Notes under the pieces: model-generated
Databases searched by the model: none
What the model was told of the DNA's origin: nothing
Seen by the model: only the letters and a program-made list of their open reading frames with translations
Shown: positions 17,162-25,904 of the stretch, one piece after another
Layout: every line of letters starts with the position of its first letter
How positions within the stretch are numbered: the stretch's first letter is position 1
Program-made: the position numbers and the translations under genes
NCBI GenBank assembly: GCA_045106895.1
Contig: JBGCFM010000284.1
Location: forward strand, 1 to 29,079
From: Polyangiales bacterium
GTDB lineage: Bacteria > Myxococcota_A > Polyangia > Polyangiales > Houyiibacteriaceae
Direction: 5' to 3'
Length of the DNA: 29,079 nucleotides

Positions 17162-18421
17162 CTAGTTCATGATGCCAACGCGGCCTGCGCCGGCGACAAG
17201 TACACGACCGCCGTCGTCGATCTGGCACTTACTCCAGGTGTCCGGCGACCCTTCTGGCGTAATATTCGTGAAGGTCGCGCCGCCGTCGGTGGACTCCAGG
17301 ACAAAGCCTGTGTTGTCACCGACGCCGAGAGGCTGAACTTCGCCGACAACGACGATGCGATCGGAGTCCATGCAGACGCCGCGCGCCCAAGTCGAGTCCG
17401 TCTCCACAACAGTGTCGAGGAGTGGGTCGATGTCGATCTGCGCGTAGTCGTCAGCTTCGTAGCGGTCGGCGCCGGAGACGAAGATCTTTCCTACGTTTCG
17501 ATCTTGGTCAACGCCGACAACGACGACGCGTGAGTCGTTCGCATCCACGCCCCACATCTCTCCTTCGAAGGCGCCGAGGCCGTCGCCGGCGAGGTTGATA
17601 GGCGTCATCTCCCAAGGTTCCGCGCCTTCCATCATCGAGGGCAAGAACACGTAAGGAGGCTCCGCGATGGTGCTGCCACATCCGACGAAGCGCTCGCCGA
17701 CCACGACCATATCGAGGATCTGGTGTCCGTCGCCGTTGTCTTCCCAATCCGTGGCCACGGTCCAATCGAGCCCGTCGTCACCGACGCTCGGGTCCGGTCG
17801 ATAGAGCGCCGCCCCACCGTTGAAGGAGTCCGCGAAGGCCGCGCCGCTCGCTGTGGTGACGAAAGGCGAGGCGAGGAACTGGGTGTCGATGGTTCCACCC
17901 GAGGTCAGCACAGCTTCCGTCGCGAAAGGCGCCGCCGAGGTGTCCACGCTGACAGCCATGGCGCCTCCTGGGCGCTGGCCGCCCACATAGAGCAGGTCGC
18001 CAAAGCCGCGGTGAATCGACAAAACGCGGAATGTCTCGAAGATACCGGCGGGGCTCGTCTCTACGAGTGCCCAGCTCGCGCCGTCATCGGAGCTCATGAA
18101 GAGGCCTTGGCCCTCTGCCCCGCTGCCGCATCCAAGCCAGAGCGTGCCGTCCTCGTCGGCGTGAAATGCGTCGGTTCGGTTGATGCCTGGGCATGGGTGC
18201 GTACGAACGGCCCAATCGCTCGATGGACCGGCGTCTTCACCAGGGCCCGCATCTTCGCCGGGGCCAGCGTCTTCATCAGGTCCACTGTCGACCCCTGGTC
18301 CACCATCGATGCCCGGGCCGGAGTCTGGTCGAGGCCCGGCGTCACCGACGGCGTCATCATCGCCGCAGGCCACAGAGAGCGAAAGCACACAAAGAAGTAG
18401 GGTTAAACGACGTGTAATCAT
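17162..18421 (-). CDS. Lipoprotein with acidic DAGP linker and BNR/Asp-box beta-propeller
   Basis: Lipobox SVAC-GDDD; Asp boxes SSDDGASW and STDGGATF; acidic, beta-rich mature domain. Confidence 0.8.
   Translation of the reverse strand: MITRRLTLLLCVLSLSVACGDDDAVGDAGPRPDSGPGIDGGPGVDSGPDEDAGPGEDAGPGEDAGPSSDWAVRTHPCPGINRTDAFHADEDGTLWLGCGSGAEGQGLFMSSDDGASWALVETSPAGIFETFRVLSIHRGFGDLLYVGGQRPGGAMAVSVDTSAAPFATEAVLTSGGTIDTQFLASPFVTTASGAAFADSFNGGAALYRPDPSVGDDGLDWTVATDWEDNGDGHQILDMVVVGERFVGCGSTIAEPPYVFLPSMMEGAEPWEMTPINLAGDGLGAFEGEMWGVDANDSRVVVVGVDQDRNVGKIFVSGADRYEADDYAQIDIDPLLDTVVETDSTWARGVCMDSDRIVVVGEVQPLGVGDNTGFVLESTDGGATFTNITPEGSPDTWSKCQIDDGGRVLVAGAGRVGIMN
18224..18343 (-). repeat. Degenerate 18-nt coding tandem repeat (D[A/S/G]GP, 7 copies)
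   Basis: Translation DAGPRPDSGPGIDGGPGVDSGPDEDAGPGEDAGPGEDAGP. Confidence 0.85.
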
Positions 18422-18465
18422 GGCCGCAAGGATGCCCCCCGATCATGAAGGGCGCTGTCGGTTCA

Positions 18466-18483
18466 GGGTTACAACGGGTTACA
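18466..18483. promoter_or_regulatory. Perfect direct repeat GGGTTACA-N2-GGGTTACA, putative winged-helix regulator site
   Basis: 8-bp repeat with 10-bp period in the divergent intergenic region, 44 nt upstream of the lipoprotein ATG. Confidence 0.6.
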
Positions 18484-18545
18484 GACACGTGTGGTGTGCG
18501 CTCATTGGCCAAGGCTGTGTCTCTATGCCACCGTTGCCGCGCGCT

Positions 18546-19253
18546 ATGCCGCACCCTTCACTACTCTTGACGCTTGCCCTGGCGTTTGGCTGCGCTTCGA
18601 CCTTGCCCAGCTGGTCCGGCGCGTCGACGACGCCAAAAAGCCGTCTCGATGTGGCGACGGGCGCCGCCGTGCGTGTGCCTTTCGGCGATCTGCGGGAGGT
18701 CCGCGACACGCCAGACGAGAGCGCCTACGGCCGGGACACGCAGAGCGGTGGCGTCATCCCCGTGGCGCAAGCTCGCTATGGGCTGGCGAATGGCCAAGAC
18801 CTCGGTCTCCTCGTCGCCGGCGCCACCGTGCGCCTCGACTACCGACGCGAATTCAACTCCCGCGAGGGCTCAACGCGCCCAACGTGGATGGTTGGAGCCT
18901 CGCCCTTCGCCGGCGCCCTCACCGGTGACGCCTCCGGCGCGCGCTTTGGCCTGGAACTACCTCTGCTCTACGGCATTGATTTCGGCGGGCTCTACGACTT
19001 CTGGATCGGCCCCCGCCTCCGCGTCGAGCACGTCCGGGGCAGCTTCGTCCTCCGCGGCGATTCCGTCGCTGGACACGGGACCATCCTCAGCGGCGGCCTC
19101 GTCCTCGGCCTCGCTGCTGGGTTCCGTCGAGTACACGCCTTCTTGGAAGGGAGCTTCGAGTACGAACATGCGTTCGTCCGCCACGGGGCTCTCGACCGCT
19201 CGCGCGGAGGCTTCGTCATCACCCCGAGCTTCGGCATCCGCGTCCGCATCTGA
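18546..19253 (+). CDS. Predicted lipoprotein / outer-membrane beta-barrel protein
   Basis: Start at MPHPSLL (alternative 18525); lipobox AFGC; alternating amphipathic strands; C-terminal 'TPSFGIRVRI'. Confidence 0.72.
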   Translation: MPHPSLLLTLALAFGCASTLPSWSGASTTPKSRLDVATGAAVRVPFGDLREVRDTPDESAYGRDTQSGGVIPVAQARYGLANGQDLGLLVAGATVRLDYRREFNSREGSTRPTWMVGASPFAGALTGDASGARFGLELPLLYGIDFGGLYDFWIGPRLRVEHVRGSFVLRGDSVAGHGTILSGGLVLGLAAGFRRVHAFLEGSFEYEHAFVRHGALDRSRGGFVITPSFGIRVRI

Positions 19254-19811
19254 CGCTGCCGCATCTGACGCCGCAGCATCTTCGGCTTCGTCGCCATCGA
19301 TGTTGCGACGCCGGCCATACTTGAGGAGCAAGGACGCTTCCACGAACCCGCCGCGGTTGGTGTATCCGCCCCCGGCGCAGATGCTCACCACCGCCAAGGC
19401 GGAGATGCAGCCGCGACCTCGAAAGCCGATGGCCGATTCTCCACCAATGCGCGCGTAGATTCCAAGATCGACACCGACGACGCTGATGCCCGCCTCCATG
19501 CCGACGCTTAGATCGACGCCGCGCGCTAGGGAGCTGTAGCGAAGATCTGCGTAGTAGCCGTACCAGAGCTGGCGCGGATAGAGATGAACATCCGAAAGCT
19601 CGATGCCAATCGAGTAGCCGTTGCCGTCTCCCTCAAGATGACGGCCGAGACTCGCCCCATAGAGGGACCAGATGCCTTCCCACTCCGCAGGTTCTCGCTC
19701 CGGCGTCTCGGCCGAGGCGGGATCATCGGACTCTTGGGTAGCCTCCTGCGCAGAAGAAACGGAGAGCGGCAGCACGCTCATCAAGAGCGCGCCAAGAACA
19801 CGAAGCAACAC
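18957..19811 (-). CDS. Secreted putative small beta-barrel protein with long acidic tail
   Basis: Signal peptide ending SSA-Q; Gly/Tyr-rich strands; starts 6 nt after the upstream stop; last 297 nt overlap the opposite-strand gene. Confidence 0.6.
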   Translation of the reverse strand: MLLRVLGALLMSVLPLSVSSAQEATQESDDPASAETPEREPAEWEGIWSLYGASLGRHLEGDGNGYSIGIELSDVHLYPRQLWYGYYADLRYSSLARGVDLSVGMEAGISVVGVDLGIYARIGGESAIGFRGRGCISALAVVSICAGGGYTNRGGFVEASLLLKYGRRRNIDGDEAEDAAASDAAASDADADAEARGDDEASARAVESPVADERMFVLEAPFQEGVYSTEPSSEAEDEAAAEDGPVSSDGIAAEDEAAPDVLDAEAGADPEVVEPAEINAVEQR

Positions 19812-19817
19812 GTGGTG

Positions 19818-20327
19818 CTAGGACTTGCCCATTTGGATTTTCTCACCGAGGAACGCTCCAAGGATCGTCACCATCACGCCGAGCATTCCGCCCACAAGCA
19901 TGGACAAGAAGCTCACCGCGTGAACATCTGAGATGTAGTTGATCCAAATGATCGTCGGCACCACCACAATGAGCGCTGCCACCACCGGTTCGATGAATGT
20001 GCGGCCGGGTGAGATCGCGCCGACGATAACGCCGCCTACGAACCAGATCGCCGCGGAGATCATCAAGCCCGCGAGGCCTTGAGGGTCATACGCTTCGATA
20101 GCCATGGGCAACGCGCCGATCGCGATGGCCTGAAGCACACCGAAGATCGCCACCGAGATACCCACCCACTTCCAGCGGAAGTTGGTTTGTTGTCCTGCGC
20201 GTGCGGCTTGCTCTTCAGCCGTGAGGCTGCCTAGCGCCTCTAACTTTGCGCCACACGATGCGCATCGGGTGCTGCTCTCTTCGTTCTTTGCACCACAAAT
20301 CGTGCAAACGATCGCTTCCGTCGCCAT
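19818..20327 (-). CDS. Zinc-ribbon domain membrane protein (four TMs)
   Basis: N-terminal CTIC...CASCG followed by four hydrophobic helices; ATG at 20327. Confidence 0.8.
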   Translation of the reverse strand: MATEAIVCTICGAKNEESSTRCASCGAKLEALGSLTAEEQAARAGQQTNFRWKWVGISVAIFGVLQAIAIGALPMAIEAYDPQGLAGLMISAAIWFVGGVIVGAISPGRTFIEPVVAALIVVVPTIIWINYISDVHAVSFLSMLVGGMLGVMVTILGAFLGEKIQMGKS

Positions 20328-20513
20328 GTCGTCGCTTCCTCCGGGTTGACCATCACACCCCAACCACCCGCAAAACGCAAGAAACGCCCAATCTTCTGCG
20401 AGGGGTTAGCTCATCTTTGGCGTCGCTGAACGCCCTGTGTCCTCAAACGGTCATCTCTCACGTGAGTTAAACCCGCAAGCGAGAATAGCGCGAAAAGACG
20501 AAATGAGTTGGAA

Positions 20514-20753
20514 TTACGCGGCGAAGGAGCGGGCCCGACGAGCCGCACACAGAGCGCTCGCGGCGGCCAAGCCTCGCATCGTCAGACGAGTGCCTTGGAG
20601 GAGCCCTTTTCCGGCGAGATGGGCGAGGGCGTCATCTACTTCTACTTCGCTCACGGCCAAGGTCGCGGCCAGATCCGTCGCCGAGGTGGCCTTTTCCGTC
20701 TGGGTGTAGAGGTGCTGAAGAATGCCGAAGAGGATGTACTGTCGTGTGTCCAT
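20514..20753 (-). CDS. Small winged-helix protein (79 aa)
   Basis: 'TSATDLAATLAVSEVEVDDALAHLAGKGLL...RLT..G' HTH-wing pattern; fills an otherwise empty gap. Confidence 0.65.
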   Translation of the reverse strand: MDTRQYILFGILQHLYTQTEKATSATDLAATLAVSEVEVDDALAHLAGKGLLQGTRLTMRGLAAASALCAARRARSFAA

Positions 20754-20782
20754 GAGAAGGACTCTGCCGGAACACTGATCAA

Positions 20783-20819
20783 GCGTCCAGTTTTCTGCGT
20801 TCAGTGCTGAGCGTTCAGT
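20783..20819. repeat. Three GCGT(C/T)CAGT direct repeats at 14-bp period, putative operator
   Basis: Copies at 20783-20791, 20797-20805 and 20811-20819 in the divergent wHTH/pfk intergenic region. Confidence 0.65.
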
Positions 20820-20940
20820 ACTTGTTCATAAGCCCATGATTTTATTGCTTCTTTTTTGTCTTCGTTGAACGTGTGTGGGCTTTGATGCGATTTTTTCTTT
20901 CTCCCATCGCGTTTTTTCTCGAGGCGTGTAGCGTTCAGCC

Positions 20941-22224
20941 GTGAGCGAGATCAAACGAGTTGGGCTTATCTTCGCCGGTGGACCTGCTCCGGCGGCCAAC
21001 GCCGTCATCAGCGCCGCGGCGATGTCCTTTGTGGAGGATGGCCGGGAGGTGATCGGCTTCTTTCACGGCTATTCGAACCTCCAAGACTACAATCCGGAGC
21101 GCCCGCTCAAAGCAGACAAGCACTACCGTGTGTTCCGCGCCGGGGACTTCTCCGACCTTCGGAACAGCCGCGGCGTAATCATTGGGACCTCCCGTGCGGG
21201 CCCAGGCAATGGCCTCAAGGACGACAAGGACCTGCAGGACCCGGCCAAGAACGAAGGCCTGCGCAACGTCTATCAAGGCCTCGTCGACTTAGGCATCGAC
21301 GCGCTCATCTCCATTGGCGGCGACGGCACGCTGAAAACGGCGAACCTGCTGCACCGCTTTCAGCGCTTTCTTCCAGAAGACGCCCCACGCGTTCGCGTCG
21401 TGCATGTGCCGAAGACCATCGACAACGATTACCGCGGCATCGACTTCACCTTCGGCTTCTTCAGTGCCGTGGACGTGATGGCGAAGGAGCTCCAAAACCT
21501 GCGCGCCGACGCGATCGCCACAAGCAGCTATTTCATCGTCGAGACCATGGGCCGCAAAGCCGGCTGGCTCTCCTACGGCGTTGCCATCGCCGGCGAAGCG
21601 AACCTTGTTTTGGCGCGTGAAGACGCCAAAGAATCGCTGCTCGAGGACGGCTGCCTCAGCATCACGAAGCTCGCCGATCGCATCGTCGACCTCATGATCC
21701 ACCGCGAAAAATCCGGAAAATTCTACGGCACCGTGGTTCTGGCGGAGGGGCTCGCGGAGCTGCTCCCCAACGACATTCAAATGGCGGTCCCCGTCGACCA
21801 AAAGGGCAACATGGCGCTGTCCAAGATGGACATCGGCCGCATGACCGCGGGCATCGTCGGCGAACGCTACGGCGAACGAACAGGACGCAATAAGAAGATC
21901 ACCGGCGTACAGCTCGGTTACGAGTCACGAAGCGCGCTCCCCAACGCCTACGACGTGATGCTCGCGAGCCAGCTGGGCATTGGCGCCTACCGTGCCCTTG
22001 TCGAAGAAGAGCTCAGCGGACACATGGTGAGTGTTTCTGGCCAGTTCAAGCTTCACTACGTACCGTTCAATTCCCTCCTCGACGACGATTCGCTGAGCGC
22101 CGAGGTGCGATACATCGAGACTGGCAGTGACTTTCATCGCCTCGCTCGTTTCATGGAAACCCGCGTCGATGCCGCCGGAGACTGGACACCTGGGCGTCGG
22201 CGCGAAGGCAAACGCGAAGACTGA
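20941..22224 (+). CDS. pfkA: 6-phosphofructokinase (PfkA superfamily)
   Basis: 'GGPAPAAN', 'GTSR', 'IGGDGT', 'PKTIDND', 'ETMGRKAGWL', 'AEG', 'LGYESRS'. Confidence 0.92.
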   Translation: MSEIKRVGLIFAGGPAPAANAVISAAAMSFVEDGREVIGFFHGYSNLQDYNPERPLKADKHYRVFRAGDFSDLRNSRGVIIGTSRAGPGNGLKDDKDLQDPAKNEGLRNVYQGLVDLGIDALISIGGDGTLKTANLLHRFQRFLPEDAPRVRVVHVPKTIDNDYRGIDFTFGFFSAVDVMAKELQNLRADAIATSSYFIVETMGRKAGWLSYGVAIAGEANLVLAREDAKESLLEDGCLSITKLADRIVDLMIHREKSGKFYGTVVLAEGLAELLPNDIQMAVPVDQKGNMALSKMDIGRMTAGIVGERYGERTGRNKKITGVQLGYESRSALPNAYDVMLASQLGIGAYRALVEEELSGHMVSVSGQFKLHYVPFNSLLDDDSLSAEVRYIETGSDFHRLARFMETRVDAAGDWTPGRRREGKRED

Positions 22225-22364
22225 TCTCCTGCGATCTCAGTATTTTCATGGCGACGAGCCCCTTTTCCCCGGAAAAGATCGTGTCACTCGCTTGCGATCC
22301 GACAGGCGCTATGCCAACTTCCGCGGCCCGGACGTGATGCGTTTGCGGGCAAAAGAGGATTTCA

Positions 22365-22613
22365 ATGAGCGAAATGACAGTAGTTGGCGATGCCATTCAG
22401 TGTAAGCCGGTCGAGGTTCAGGTTGGCGACAAGGGCCTTGAGCGCGCCGTAAAGCACCTCAAGCGTAAAATGGCTTCCGAAGGAATCCTTCGTGAGCTCA
22501 AGCGCCGCCGCCACTACATGAAGCCCTCCGTGAAGCGTCGTAAGAAGGAAGCGGAAGCCGCTCGTCGTCGTCGCAAGCGAGTCAAGCAGGGTCCTTTCGA
22601 ACCCCGCATGTAA
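22365..22613 (+). CDS. rpsU: 30S ribosomal protein S21
   Basis: 'LERAVKHLKRKM..EGILRELKRRRHYMKPSVKRRKKEAEAARRRRK'; AGAGGA RBS at 22354-22359. Confidence 0.95.
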   Translation: MSEMTVVGDAIQCKPVEVQVGDKGLERAVKHLKRKMASEGILRELKRRRHYMKPSVKRRKKEAEAARRRRKRVKQGPFEPRM

Positions 22614-22669
22614 GTCTCGTGGCTGTTCTTTGCGTGGATTTGAGTCCGCGTAGTCAGCCGGCGATCCAG

Positions 22670-22703
22670 AAAACCTCGCCGCCTCTTGGGCAGCGGGGTT
22701 TTT
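22670..22703 (+). terminator. Intrinsic terminator after rpsU
   Basis: AAAACCTCGC-C-GCC-TCTTG-GGC-A-GCGGGGTTTTT: GC-rich hairpin with U tract, and an A tract on the other side. Confidence 0.75.
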
Positions 22704-22714
22704 GTGCGTCCGTC

Positions 22715-23110
22715 GTGCTCTGTCTGATGGCGCTCTCTTGTGGAGATTCTGCTCCGCCGCCCTCTTCCCCAAACCCTGAAGCGACGCAGCCAGCGGGAAT
22801 GAGCTCGGAGGAGTGGGGAGAGTGGCTCTTCTCCAGCTACAGCTGCGCTGCATGCCACTCCGTCGCCAGCGCTCCGGGCATTGGCCCACCGCTCAACGAT
22901 GTCGCCGGGACCGAGCGGCCCCTCGTCGATGGAAGCACTGCACTCGCCGACACCAGCTACCTCCGCGCAGCTCTACTTGAGCCCACCGAGCACGTCACCT
23001 TTGGGTACGAAGCGACGATGCCGACCTACCAGCTGAGCTACCCCCAGGTCGACGCCCTCGTCGACTACCTCAATCACCTGGGCGGCGTCACCCGCGAGCT
23101 CGAAGAGTAG
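22715..23110 (+). CDS. Monoheme class I cytochrome c, probable lipoprotein (resembles the cytochrome c domain of caa3 oxidase subunit II)
   Basis: CAACH, 'GPPL', 'AD.SYLR..LLEP...V..GY...MP.Y' with axial Met; lipobox-like ALSC; start uncertain (ORF open from 22619). Confidence 0.82.
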   Translation: MLCLMALSCGDSAPPPSSPNPEATQPAGMSSEEWGEWLFSSYSCAACHSVASAPGIGPPLNDVAGTERPLVDGSTALADTSYLRAALLEPTEHVTFGYEATMPTYQLSYPQVDALVDYLNHLGGVTRELEE

Positions 23111-23835
23111 GCCACGGACTCGAGCGCAGCCCTCGCCCGCGCGTTGTTCCAAGAGCCTTGGCCGAAGACAAAGAACGTGGCCGCGTAATGGGCCGGTGGT
23201 CTCTGGTGTTCACGAAGACCCAGCGCATCGCGACAGCGCGGCTGCCGAAGAGGCCCACGTTCCAGCGCCGCCAGCGTCTCGTGGCGATCGTGTCCCGGTC
23301 CGAAGAGCATCGGCACGACGAAGTCCACGGGCGTCGCCGCTAGCCAGTCACTCTCGGTGCACCAAGAGCCCAAGGCCGTCATGGAGAAGGTCCAGCGCTC
23401 CGGCTTCGCCTCGGCGATCTCTTGGAGCAGCGTCTCATACTCTCTGCGCATCGATCGAGGCGCGTCGAAATCGAACTGAATTCCATGCGCCTCCTCCGAG
23501 AAGACAGGCGTCAGCGCGCGAAGGATCGCAGCTCTCTCCCTCCGAAGAATCGAGGCGTCCACGCCCCGCCCGATCTCCATGTGCACCACCGCTGTTCGCA
23601 CCATGTCGGAATCCAGGAAGATAGGGTCGCGGCGCGGCGTCACATGCACCCCGTCGACCTCAATGATCAGCGTGCGAGAGAGGTATGCGACAGACACGTG
23701 TTCACCGTTCGCCGGAGCGAAGCCGCGCAAGTCGTGCGAGCCATGCCAAAGCCAGAGCGTCACGTCGCGGCTCTCCTGTGCCAGAGCGGGCGCCACCACA
23801 AAGAGCACGATGGCGAGGCTTGTCGGCAGCCTCAT
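23074..23835 (-). CDS. DUF3142-family secreted protein (GH18-like TIM barrel)
   Basis: Signal peptide, 'LWLW', 'VAYL', 'GIQFDFDA', 'SMTALGSWC', 'VPMLF'; ATGA overlap with upstream gene. Confidence 0.78.
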   Translation of the reverse strand: MRLPTSLAIVLFVVAPALAQESRDVTLWLWHGSHDLRGFAPANGEHVSVAYLSRTLIIEVDGVHVTPRRDPIFLDSDMVRTAVVHMEIGRGVDASILRRERAAILRALTPVFSEEAHGIQFDFDAPRSMRREYETLLQEIAEAKPERWTFSMTALGSWCTESDWLAATPVDFVVPMLFGPGHDRHETLAALERGPLRQPRCRDALGLREHQRPPAHYAATFFVFGQGSWNNARARAALESVAYSSSSRVTPPR

Positions 23836-25754
23836 CGGAACCAGTGCCTCGTACGCTGCGCCCACGCCCCGTTTTCGTAGTTCGCGTGAAGATGGTCGAA
23901 GGCTGCGTGGCTAAGCTCTCCTGTTCGTGGACTCGTTCGTCCATGAATCGACGCGCGTCGCGTGAGGCGCACGAAGTGATGCAAGAGCTCCTCGTTCAGC
24001 GAAGAGCCCGGATGGCGAGCGACATGGGCAAGCACCGCTTCGCCAAGGTCGTCGATACGACGAGCGCCAAGGCGGCGCCGTTCTGTACTGGGCGAGCGAA
24101 CGAACGTGGGCGCGTAGGCGGTCTGATGTGGATGCGCGTCCATGCACTCGCCGAGATCACAGCCGGCCACCTGCGTCGTTCCCCAGTGTGAACCGAAGGC
24201 GTCCGTGATGCTCAGCTCCGTCGGGTCGTGGTGCGCGACGGCCAAGAGGAGCAAACCTCGGCGCTCGGCGGCGGGCGACGCGAGGGCCACCTGAAGACTC
24301 CGCCCAAACGCCGAATCGCCATTACTCAGACGACGCGCGTATCGCAGCGCGCGCCCCCACGCGCCGAGTAAGACGCTCCGTACAAGAATGTGAGCGTCGA
24401 TGGTCGCCGCCAATTCAGGCGAGCGACGCGCCAGTTCCTGCCACTCGCGAACCGTCCCGCCGGCCAACCAGGCGCGCCCATCGGCGTGGAGCACTCCGCG
24501 GCTTTCGGGGCTCTCGCTGGCACGAAGCAGGTGGTTCAGCGCCGAAGCCCCGCTCATGACCATCATCGCATGCGCTGCATTTTGAGACGCGCGTGTCGAG
24601 GAGCTGGCTAGTCGATGCGCGCGACGGGCGTAGCGCTGCGCAGCGCTCCTCCGGCCTGCCGCGAGAGAGGCGCGAGCGCTGTGGAACGCCGCGTTGAGCG
24701 CGAGCAAAGACGACGAGCCCGCCCAACGAACATTCTCCGGCGCGCGTCGCATCGTCGCCAAGAGCTGGTCCTCCGACGGAGTCTCGCAGTCCACGAGGCT
24801 TGAGACGACAGTGGTGCAAGCGTCCATCCTCTTGGCAAAGTGAACGATGTCCCGGAGCGTGCGCGGAAGGTCAGCACCGAGGTCCTCGGCGAGAAGCCGC
24901 GCCGAGAGCGTGCGCACCGAGGTAGCGGGCCCTTGCGGGAAAAGTTGATAGCGGTCTTGAAGCTGGCGGAGACCTCGTAGAGCCTTCGCGTCGCTGGTTT
25001 GGCGTATCGCCTCGGCGAGAATCTGGGTTTGCTCCGGGGAGCCGGCGAGGCGCAGGCGGACGCTCCGATATCGTGCGAGGTCTGCCCACGGAGACGACGA
25101 ACGGGCAATCGCCTGGTAACGCGCGAAGGCCTCGGCGTGCCCCGTGTGATCCGCCCAAACCGCACGTTGATACGCCCGGTCGTGCGCTTCTACTTCGGAA
25201 ACGCCGGGGAGAGCTTCATCCGGCTCGGGCGCGTTCGGCTCCGCGCAGGCCGCGAACACTCGGTCCTGCGCCGTGAGCCAGCGACGCACTTCGTGGCGGG
25301 ACTGAGTTTGGCGACGAGCCCGTAGCGTCTCCGCCGCGACGCGGAACCCATCCGGTCCACACATCAAGATGTACGTATAGTTCGGGCCCCGCCGCCGGAC
25401 CTCCACCGCGCCGGTGTCGACCACGCCTGTTTCGCGGGAGGACCGAGCCCGCGTCTGCGACCACTCTTCCAAACTCGCCGCCAGCGACGCCGACGGCTCG
25501 AGCCAGGACTGCGCCATCAGCGAATCGACCTCCTCTTGGGAGAACTCTTTGCCCTCTAAGCGTGCCCAGGCGATGACCCAGTACTCGGAATGCCATGATG
25601 GAGAGAGCAGCGGCAGACGTTCCAGCATCAGCGCGCGCAGAGCGCTTTGCGGCGATTCCGAGTCCTCGCTCCAGGGCGAGTAGCCACAGGCCTCGACGGG
25701 TTGGGGACGAAGAGCCACGCACAAGAGCGTGAGGAGGAGAATCGGGCGGAGCAC
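23832..25754 (-). CDS. Large secreted helical/TPR-like protein, partner of DUF3142
   Basis: Signal peptide ending VEA-CG; 'YILMCGPDGFRVA..TL..R', 'W..AQD.VF..C', C-terminal 'S..AF..LH..Y....WA.RT.HW'; start uncertain (25754 or 25802). Confidence 0.75.
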   Translation of the reverse strand: MLRPILLLTLLCVALRPQPVEACGYSPWSEDSESPQSALRALMLERLPLLSPSWHSEYWVIAWARLEGKEFSQEEVDSLMAQSWLEPSASLAASLEEWSQTRARSSRETGVVDTGAVEVRRRGPNYTYILMCGPDGFRVAAETLRARRQTQSRHEVRRWLTAQDRVFAACAEPNAPEPDEALPGVSEVEAHDRAYQRAVWADHTGHAEAFARYQAIARSSSPWADLARYRSVRLRLAGSPEQTQILAEAIRQTSDAKALRGLRQLQDRYQLFPQGPATSVRTLSARLLAEDLGADLPRTLRDIVHFAKRMDACTTVVSSLVDCETPSEDQLLATMRRAPENVRWAGSSSLLALNAAFHSARASLAAGRRSAAQRYARRAHRLASSSTRASQNAAHAMMVMSGASALNHLLRASESPESRGVLHADGRAWLAGGTVREWQELARRSPELAATIDAHILVRSVLLGAWGRALRYARRLSNGDSAFGRSLQVALASPAAERRGLLLLAVAHHDPTELSITDAFGSHWGTTQVAGCDLGECMDAHPHQTAYAPTFVRSPSTERRRLGARRIDDLGEAVLAHVARHPGSSLNEELLHHFVRLTRRASIHGRTSPRTGELSHAAFDHLHANYENGAWAQRTRHWFR

Positions 25755-25904
25755 AAACCAGCCCAAAGCAAAATGTGCACCACTCAGCAATTGCGGAACC
25801 ACCTGCTGAACGCGAGTTGTTCTTGTGGCTCACGTGACACAGCACCGCGGGCACGTCGCACTGCGCGACGCCACCTCCCCCGCAGCTCTCTCTTTGACGG
25901 TAGA

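Noticed and set aside
14915..17533. Plus-strand ORFs 14915-15736, 16061-16774, 16868-17533
   Set aside because: Antisense to well-supported genes with no recognisable domains.
20457..25837. CTCACGTGA palindromes at 20457 and 25829
   Set aside because: CACGTG also occurs inside coding regions; no extended shared context.
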